A stretch of 63,764 nucleotides of DNA, counting the filler, from Welwitschia mirabilis (Eukaryota), in NCBI GenBank assembly GCA_051453625.1. It is 5 parts of one record of this genome, joined end to end, with 100 filler letters (N's around TTAATTAATTAA, not from the genome) between each part and the next. Parts side by side here need not be neighbours in the genome. Positions count along the whole stretch, not along the records: positions 55,239 to 58,249 come from JBOZIK010000001.1; positions 58,350 to 63,764 come from JBOZIK010000001.1; 3 more parts are not named here. One strand, written 5' to 3'. How positions within the stretch are numbered: position 1 is the stretch's first letter; every line of letters begins with the position of its first letter. Made by a program: the position numbers and the translations under genes. Below are positions 55,239-63,764 of the stretch, one piece after another. The notes beneath the pieces are model-generated. The model worked only from the letters and a program-made list of their open reading frames with translations. It had not been told where the DNA came from and did not search any database.

Positions 55239-58200
55239 AGTATTTGATGTGGCTGAAAAAGATTTAGGAAATTATTTAAGTATAGAAGAAGAAATAAAGT
55301 CAACTTTGTTTTCACAACACTGTCCACTTAAGAAGAAGTGGTCAACACTTCATGAAATAACTTTGTTTGATAATAAATCAAAAGTAAATAATTTTAATGT
55401 TTTTGATAAAGATCAACTTGATTTTAATCATCTGGAAATTGACTCTTTTGATTTGGAGAGTAAAGAGACTAAGTCTATTAACTATGCAGAAGTCTGAAAT
55501 TTAAGTAGAACTAAAATTTAATATTTTGAGGGTGTTGTTGACTACTGACATCTGGATGATATTTTGAGATGATAAAAAGCTTTTTTTAAATTAAAAATCT
55601 AAGTTTAAATATAAACATGAAACCCTTATCTAGTGGATTAAAATATATTTTTCTAAATAATGATCTAAATAATTAATAAAAATATTACTCCTTAAAAAAA
55701 ATCAAGTTTAATATCTCTTTTTCAATATAAAGAAAATGATTTCACTTGGTCTCATAACCATTTGACAACCATTCCTACCATAATTATCTAACATAAAATC
55801 TACCTTGAAGATAAATAATGCAAAACTTGTTAGGCAACCTCAATGTATCCTTAATCCAACCCTTAAATAAGTTGTTAATGATAAAATCATAAAATTAATG
55901 GATACTAGAATCATTTATGAAATAGATGATAGTAATTAGATTAGCCCTTTAATGGTAGTGGCTAAGAGATATGGAAAACATATAATGTGCATAGAATTTA
56001 GAAAANNNNNNNNNNNNNNNNNNNNNNNNNNNNNNNNNNNNNNNNNNNNNNNNNNNNNNNNNNNNNNNNNNNNNNNNNNNNNNNNNNNNNNNNNNNNNNN
56101 NNNNNCAAAGTAACCAAAAAAGATCGTTATTCTTTTCTTTTTCTTGATTAGATACTTGATAGGATTCAGGGACATGCATTATATTATTTCCTTGATGGAT
56201 ATAGTGATTGCAACTATGTTTATATTACTAGTGATAACTAAGCCAAAACTACTTTTACTTTATCTTTTGGTACTTTTACTTTTTGATGCATGCCTTTTAG
56301 ACTTTGTAGCTCTCCTGGTACTTTGTAGCATGTTATATTAGGTATTTTTTCTAATATGATAGAGGATGTAATTGAAATTTTTATGGATGAATTCTCTATT
56401 TATGCTAAAACTTTTGAATAAATTTTAGAATAACTAGAGAAAGTCTTTGATCATTAGATTTTTAATGGCCTACATTTAAGTTGGAAAAAGAGTTATTTTT
56501 AGTNNNNNNNNNNNNNNNNNNNNNNNNNNNNNNNNNNNNNNNNNNNNNNNNNNNNNNNNNNNNNNNNNNNNNNNNNNNNNNNNNNNNNNNNNNNNNNNNN
56601 NNNTAAGTATTTTTTATAATATAATAGAGGATGTGATTGAAATTTTTATGGATGACTTCTATATTTATGATAAAACTTTTGAATAAATTTTAAAATAGGT
56701 AGAGAAAGTCTTTGATCATTAGATTTATAATGGCCTACATTTAAGTTGGAAAAAGAGTTTATTTTTAGTTAAAAGTGGAATTGTTTTAGATCATCATGTT
56801 TCAAAAGAGGGGATTAGAATAAACTCTAAAAAAGTTAGTATTATTCAAAACCTAAATCCCCCTATAAATGTAAAATAGATTAAACCTTTTCTTGGTTACT
56901 ATNNNNNNNNNNNNNNNNNNNNNNNNNNNNNNNNNNNNNNNNNNNNNNNNNNNNNNNNNNNNNNNNNNNNNNNNNNNNNNNNNNNNNNNNNNNNNNNNNN
57001 NNGTAAAATATATTAAACCTTTTCTTGTTTATTATGGTTTTTATCATTATTTTATTTATAATTATGCAAATACTTATAAACCCCTTGACTCATTACTAGA
57101 AATAGAAGCTAAATTTAAATAGAATGAATCTTGTTAGCTTACTTTTGATAGGCTTAAACATAAACTTTATTATGATCCTATTGTAATGAGATCCATTTGG
57201 GAAAAGGATTTTGAATTAATGTATGATGTAAGTAATTTTGTCATGAATGGGGTACTTTATCAAAAATATGGAAATTATTTTAAAGTTATATCTTACCATA
57301 GCAAATATGTATCTCAATCTCAAATAAATTACACCATTACAAAGAAAGAAATGTTAATCATAATGTTTTGTCTTGATATACTTAGAAATTATCTTTTAGG
57401 CTTTTATACAAGTGTTTGTAGCAATTATGCTACTATTCATTAACTCATAACTAAGAAATATTATAGTGCTAGATTGATTAAATGGATTCTCTTTATGCAA
57501 GATTTTAATTTGACCATCATAGATAAAGTAGGAAAGCATAATTGTGTTGTTGATCATTTGTCTTATTTTTCTTTTCTTTCTAATGATTCTATTATTGATA
57601 ATTCTTTTCTAGATGAGAAACTTTTTGATATATCTTCTACTCATCCTCCTATTTGGTATGCTGATATTGTTAATTACTTAGTTACCATAAAAACATCATA
57701 ACATTAGACTTATAATCAACACAAATCTTTTCTCCATCGAATAGGTAACTGTGCGTGGATAGAACCACATTTATACCATAGATGTAAAGACTAAATTATG
57801 TAAAAATGTATGCCTGATTAGAGAAAATATGAAATCCTACATCTTTGTCATGGTGGTATTTGTGAAGGATGCTTTAGTGGATAAAAAATGATTATGAAAA
57901 TTTTTCATTCTATTTTTTTAATAGCCTTCTTTTTTAGGATTCTTTTGATTTTTCTAGAAGGTATAATCCTTAATAGTGTTATGATAGTCTTATTCATGAT
58001 TAACAGATGCTTCTTTGACCTATTCTTAAGTATTAAACTTTTAATTATTAGGGTATTAATCTTATAAGACCTATTTACCCACCTTCTCATGATAAACATT
58101 ACATTTTAGTGGCTATAGATTATGTGACTAAATGGATTGAAGCCATTTCTACTTATTTGAATGATGCCCAAACTATTTGTCCTTTTTTTAAAACTCATAT

Positions 58201-58249
58201 TTTTAATGGATTTGATTTTTTAGTAGTGATCAAAAAACTCATTTTATTA

Positions 58250-58349
58250 NNNNNNNNNNNNNNNNNNNNNNNNNNNNNNNNNNNNNNNNNNNNTTAATTA
58301 ATTAANNNNNNNNNNNNNNNNNNNNNNNNNNNNNNNNNNNNNNNNNNNN
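58250..58349. other. Artificial scaffold spacer
   Basis: N44-TTAATTAATTAA(58294-58305)-N44. Confidence 0.97.
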
Positions 58350-58850
58350 TGAATGAACCATAGTATTAAGGAAGTAGCTTTTAGTACTTCTTAATCTTTA
58401 TTAAACTTCTTTCTATTTTGACTTCTACAAGAACTTTGTCTTCTACTTGGAATACGTTATTTGAATTTTTTTGGTTATAGAATATTTGATATCTATCTTG
58501 AGATATTTTTAGCTGCCTCTTAAATTAATTTATAAGCTCCTCTATAACTTCTAATTTAGCTTTCATTATTCTAGTCAATTATTATATGCGATTTAATGGT
58601 GTTACAAGGATGAAAAAAAAAAATTCATACATGGCTTTAAAGGGTAAAAGTTATATGGATTTTTGAAAATCCTAAATATGTGTAAATTTTACTAAATGTA
58701 AATAGTTTTATGTGTTTCTTAGTTTTTTTGCTACATAACATCATAGCATATCTTCTATAATTTAATTAATTCTTTTAGTCTATACTTTGGTTTTAGGATG
58801 GTATGTGGTACTAAACTAAAATTTGATTTTAAGGTGATTGTATAGTGTTA
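58350..58850 (-). pseudogene. Chromovirus-type gypsy integrase fragment
   Basis: Minus strand FSTTYHPKTKV*TKRIN*IIEDML (FSTxYHPQTDGQTERxNQxxEDML), PFKAMY, QLKISQDR. Confidence 0.85.
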
Positions 58851-59789
58851 AAATCAACTTAACTAGGTAAGGACCTAGTACCGTTCTTTCACAGGGATAT
58901 ATATGTGGTGAATTTAAAAGAGAAACACAATTATTCTAACTTAAAATGAAAAGAAAATAAAATAAAAAATAAAATTTGATAATTTTTATGTGACCTTTGC
59001 TTGTTAATGTAAGATAATGAGGTGCTCCAAATGTGTAATCAATTTTCCCTTTACTCCATCTTTATTCTAATGATTCCTATATCCTAAAACATGAACTAAA
59101 ATTATCAAGGCTCAATGTGGAGGCATGATCTCATCTTTCACATGAGTGTGGGTGAATTATTCAGTTCTCCTAATACTTCATAATCCTTTATAAGCATGAT
59201 AATCATGAACTAAAAAGCACAAAATCCATCAAATACTAGTAACTATGAAGTGATAAAAGTAATTGTAAATAACTTACTTGGTATAAATAGACTTGATAAT
59301 GAAGTAAGTTTACCTAAATATTACTAATACCTATTTTTATGCATTAATAATGAAAGAATAAACCTACTTAAAAACTAGCTTTACCTATAGATTGCTAATA
59401 CCATATGCATGATCATTAAAAATGAAAGGAAGAAGGAAAATTCTTTTATTAAAACTAAAAGAGATAAATTACGTCAAATGGAAAAACATAAAGAAGAAAG
59501 ACTTCTCAATTAGTCTTGGAACATTCTGCCCCTAAGAAAGATGATCATAACACCATGACATCCTACCACTCTAAGTATTCCCCACATTAGCAAATCAAAA
59601 ATTTCANNNNNNNNNNNNNNNNNNNNNNNNNNNNNNNNNNNNNNNNNNNNNNNNNNNNNNNNNNNNNNNNNNNTAGATGATGATGGCATGTCCTTTGATT
59701 AATGGTGATGCTACTAATGGATGCCATGTCATCTATCTTTCAAGTAATCATTCTTATTACACCACATGTCATTGTGTATGTTGTTTTAT

Positions 59790-60400
59790 GCTTCTAGCAT
59801 ATGGTGTCAAGTTTGGAGATTCATTCTAAACTATTGTTGAGTTATCTCATAAGTTAATTATAATGAACTTCTTAAATTAAAATAGTAATATGAGGTTTAA
59901 CATGTTTTGGCTCAGAATTCTATTAGCACTAATAGTGTTAGGCAGTGACACTACTATTCTTTTATTAAAATTCCTTCAAGTTATATAGTGATCTTTAAAA
60001 ACTAGTAATAAACCTACTATTATTAGGGGGAAGGTTGTATTTACATGAAAATACAATTAAAAGGATAAAAATCATCATTTTATGATAAATGGATGAATTA
60101 AATGTATTTTCTTATGTTAAATGATTAATTATACTTGTTTGATAATGTTAATTTTTACATATAAACACATCATCAACCAGATTTTTACTAGACTCTTAGC
60201 AAAAAGTTAATAAGAAAATGATCAACATGGGAAAATTAACTAAGTCAAAATGTCTAAGTATGAAAAGGATATTATTTTAAAAATTTTTTAATTAATTTTT
60301 AACAAATAAGGCACTAAAATTAAAAAAATTTTATATAAATGAATATTGTACTCCTTAAGCAAAACTAAAATTTATTCTTAAAGTTAAAGAGATGGGAAAT
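59790..60400 (+). pseudogene. Ty1/copia RNase H remnant and possible PPT
   Basis: *TIVELS, MFWLRILL, HHFM and QPDF.TRLL in the expected order; aaagagatgggaaatt|tgt near 60386-60403. Confidence 0.5.
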
Positions 60401-60682
60401 TTGTATAAGGCTTTTGAGAATAAGTTAATTATATTACATGGGTTTTTATAAAAAATAATAGCAAATTGATTTTGATATGAGTATTTAGAAAAAATCACAA
60501 TGTAATATAAGGAAAAATAATAATACAATCTTTAGGGAAGACCAAACATGAAAACCTATTAGAAATTACATCATCTAAAGTTTAAAAGATATAAAACCTA
60601 AGTTAATCACCACATTTATTAAGAATTCTATGAATTTTATTCTAAGTTTAAAATGTGTTATAATATTAAATAAATAATATAT

Positions 60683-61719
60683 TATTACATCGTCAACTTA
60701 TGTGTATTTAATAGGGTATTTTAAGTTGTTTTGTAGATAAACTAACAGATAAATGATTAGTTTTTATGATAATCGAGAATCAAGGAGTATAAACAAAAAC
60801 ATGCAAACTCCAAATAAAGTATGAGCATTTCATGTAGATACAGACAAATACTATTTTGGATTATGATTCTTGCAGATGACAAAGTAGTTGCACTGACTGG
60901 AGATCAAGAAAAGCCTGTCATTCCTACCACTATCTGGATGACATTTAGGATGACAACCTTAATAAAGTAATAATAAAAGACCACATACAGATAACTTGCA
61001 ACTGAACTGAGATCTATCTACCAGACATTGTCGTCCACCACATTGTCCAGACGTCATAAGGAGATGAGATCTCGAAAACCAGTCAACAATAGTTCACATG
61101 CAGTTAGACAAGAAGTTAAACTAAAGCAAAACAAGACTTCTGATTATTAGTCCTTATCATCTTATACTTCGTCTGAACGATAAGAAGGATGACACTATTT
61201 TCCCATATTTTTACCGAATGTTTTCCCGAGTTGTTACCTCTTTATTGTGAGTTTACTTTGCATGTCAGCTAGGGTTTCTCCTTTATTTTTTTGTCAGTTC
61301 CCTTTCCTTTTTTGTTTATAAATAAAGGTCTCCATCTCGATCCTTAATCATCTTCGACAGTACCTGACATTGACATCTTGGGACCAAAGAACCATCTTGT
61401 AATCTAGAGAGACATTACCTTTGTGTTGGGTGGTGTATCCTCCATTGAGAAATAACTAATTTATAATACAAGTGTCTCTTATGCTTTTTAATATAAATTA
61501 TCCTTTTTATCAATAACTGTAGAAACTTATTTCTCATAGTTTATGTTGTTTAAGATTCGGAATAGGTCTCTTCTATTATATAGATTATGAGGGAAGCCTT
61601 TGTCAAGGTTGAGCTTGATTAGATTAGTTGCATCATTGCTTCTTTTCATAGATTAGTTTTGTATTATTATTTATTTCAATAGATTAGAGTTACATATTTC
61701 TTTCTCAAAATCAACTCTT
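60683..61719 (+). repeat. Partial assembled duplicate of the Athila-like LTR at 62052-63233
   Basis: 60450-61719 is repeated at 61820-63090 across a 100-N gap with scattered transitions. Confidence 0.85.
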
Positions 61720-62051
61720 NNNNNNNNNNNNNNNNNNNNNNNNNNNNNNNNNNNNNNNNNNNNNNNNNNNNNNNNNNNNNNNNNNNNNNNNNNNNNNNNN
61801 NNNNNNNNNNNNNNNNNNNAAAATAATAGCAAACTGATTTTGATATGAGTATTTAGAAAAAATAACAATGTAATATAAGTAAAAATCATAATACAATCTT
61901 TAGGGAAAATCAAACATGAAAACCTATTAGAAATTACATCATCTAAAAGTTTAAAAGATATAATACCTAAGTTAATCACCACATTTATTGAGAATTATAT
62001 GAATTTTATTCTAAGTTTAAAATGTGTTATAATATTAAATAAATAATATAT

Positions 62052-63764
62052 TATTGCATCGCCAACTTATGTGTATTTGATAGGGTTTTTTGAGTTGTTT
62101 TGCAGATAAACTAATAGATAAATGATTAGTTTTTATGATAATCGAGAATCAAGGAGCATAAGATGAAAACATGCAAACTCCAAATAAAATATGAGCATTT
62201 CATGTAGATACAAACAAATACTATTTTGGATTATGATTCTTGCAAATGACAAAGTAGTTTCACTAACTGGAGATCAAGAAAAGCCTGTTGTCCCTACCAT
62301 TGTTCGGATGACATTCAAGATGATAACCTTAATAAAGTAATAATAAAAGACCACATACAGATAACTTGCAATTAAACTGAGATCTATCTACCAGACATCG
62401 TCATCCACCACATCGTCTAGATGTCATAAGCGGATGACATCTCAAAAACTAGTTGATAATAGTTTACATGTAGTTAGATAAGAAGTTAAACTAAAGCAAA
62501 ATAAGACTTCTAATTATTAGTCCTTGTCATCTTATACTTCGTCTGAATGACAAGAAGGATGATACTATTTTCCCATATTTTTACTGAATGTTTTCTCGAG
62601 TTATCACCTCTTTATTATGACTTTCCTTTGTATGTTAGCTAGGGTTTCTCCTTTACTTTTCTGTCAGTTCCCTTTCCTTTTCTATCTATAAATAAAGGTC
62701 TCCCCCTCGATCCTTAATCATCTTTAACAGTACCTGAAATTGACATCTTGGGACCAGAGAACCATCTTGTAATCTAGAGAGACGTTACCTTTGTATTGGG
62801 TGGTGTATCCTCCATTGAGAAATAACTACTTTGTAATACAAGTGTCTTTTATGCTTTTTAATATGAATTATTCTTTTTATCAATAATTGCAAGAACTTAT
62901 TTCTCATAGTTTATGTTGTTTAAGATTTGTGATAGGTTTCTTCTATTATATAGATTATGAGGGAAGCCTTTGTCGAGGTTGAGCTTGATTAGATTAGTTG
63001 CATCATTGTTTCTTTCCATAGATTAGTTTTGTATCATTATTTATTTCAATAGATTAGAGTTACATATTTCTTTCTCAAAATCAACTCTTTATTATCCATA
63101 CTATTGATCTTCAATGGAATTACAACATTTGAATTACTCTGACTATACTAGTGTGATATAGTTATGCATCTTATTTGTAATTAACAGAATTTAAATCAAG
63201 GTGTGAAACATTACATAAATATGCACTGCAATAAATTAGCGCCATTACTGGGGGAGACTGCTTGAAAATTAAGAGTTGTCATTGCTTCGGTAGATATTCT
63301 AGATGTTTGCTACAGTAATGATGTACCAGTACTCTGTAAGTATTTTATTTCAGTTTTAACTTTTTACTAACTATTGACGTCCCCTTTGTCATCTAAACAT
63401 CACAATTAGATGACTGTCTGATTTTTGCTTTCCCTTATTCTATGGTTGTCTTTTTTTTTGTCTCTATCATCTAGGTTATCATTCTGACAATATGCAGGAA
63501 GACACATTTTAAAAACTAAAACTAAATGGTAAAAATAAAAAAAGGCAAAAAATACCAGAGAAAGAGGTAATTTATTGTAGAAAATATCTGAGAAGTTTTG
63601 CTAAATTTCGAAATTGAAAATCAAAACATCCCAGGTACACAAACTTTAGAATTTTTCAAAATTTCTGATTTTAATTCTGTAGAAGAATCTGATTTTAATT
63701 TTGTAAAATCTAATACCATGTCGACCTCTTGCCAAAAAAAAATTATCTCGCCAAATCCATCCCC
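62052..63764 (+). mobile_element. Athila-like element 5' end: LTR 62052-63233, PBS 63236-63254, 5' leader running off the window
   Basis: Inverted termini tattgca...tgcaata; tataaata at ~62687; ttagcgccattactggggg as Asp-type PBS; leader resembles 51120-51740. Confidence 0.85.

Larger units (their letters stand above)
50785..58249 (+). mobile_element. Athila-like Ty3/gypsy element: 5' LTR (50785-51099, gapped), Asp-type PBS (51102-51120), gag, protease, RT, RNase H, integrase
   Basis: caccacaaca|tcttggtaccattgttgagaa; gag PIFNGKLDEEP, FYRGL; KALIDMGASV; CIEFRK, FLDGYS, MPFRLC, IEIFMDDF; NYTITKKEML, IKWILFMQDFNL, WYADIVNYL; AIDYVTKWIEAI. Confidence 0.93.

Noticed and set aside
54458..55497. 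Duplicated 105/82-aa ORFs as a small host gene pair
   Set aside because: They are the protease-RT linker of the Athila-like polyprotein, duplicated across a scaffold spacer.
63663..63710. 23-bp local tandem duplication (similar 24-bp one at ~26603-26650)
   Set aside because: Ordinary slippage duplications inside decayed elements.

Overview
Very AT-rich eukaryotic DNA from a gapped draft assembly; the retroelement lineages present point to a land plant. No intact host gene, RNA gene or CRISPR array can be supported. The window is a nested graveyard of heavily decayed retrotransposons: chromovirus-type Ty3/gypsy remnants (to ~8.1 kb minus, 33.0-36.6 kb plus, 58.4-58.9 kb minus); Athila-like Ty3/gypsy elements with a tRNA-Asp-type PBS (a near-complete gag-pol at 50.8-58.2 kb, a pol fragment, an env-like ORF, an apparent tandem pol-less LTR-internal-LTR-internal unit at 19.2-29.6 kb, and an LTR at 62.1-63.2 kb); two SIRE-like Ty1/copia 5' ends and a copia RNase H remnant; three L1-clade LINE remnants; and microsatellites. 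All coding remnants are broken by G:C->A:T changes (TGG->TAG/TGA), frameshifts and small deletions. Many 100-N gaps are flanked by overlapping, slightly diverged copies of the same sequence (sometimes three distinct versions), and four artificial N44-TTAATTAATTAA-N44 spacers join scaffolds. I found no evidence of a new biological system. The most interesting points are structural: the shared-LTR tandem element, a LINE bracketed by a ~450-bp duplication, three-way sequence variants, and decay series of palindromic LTR motifs. All identifications come from manual translation and motif recall, without database searches; boundaries are approximate unless a terminal motif is quoted.
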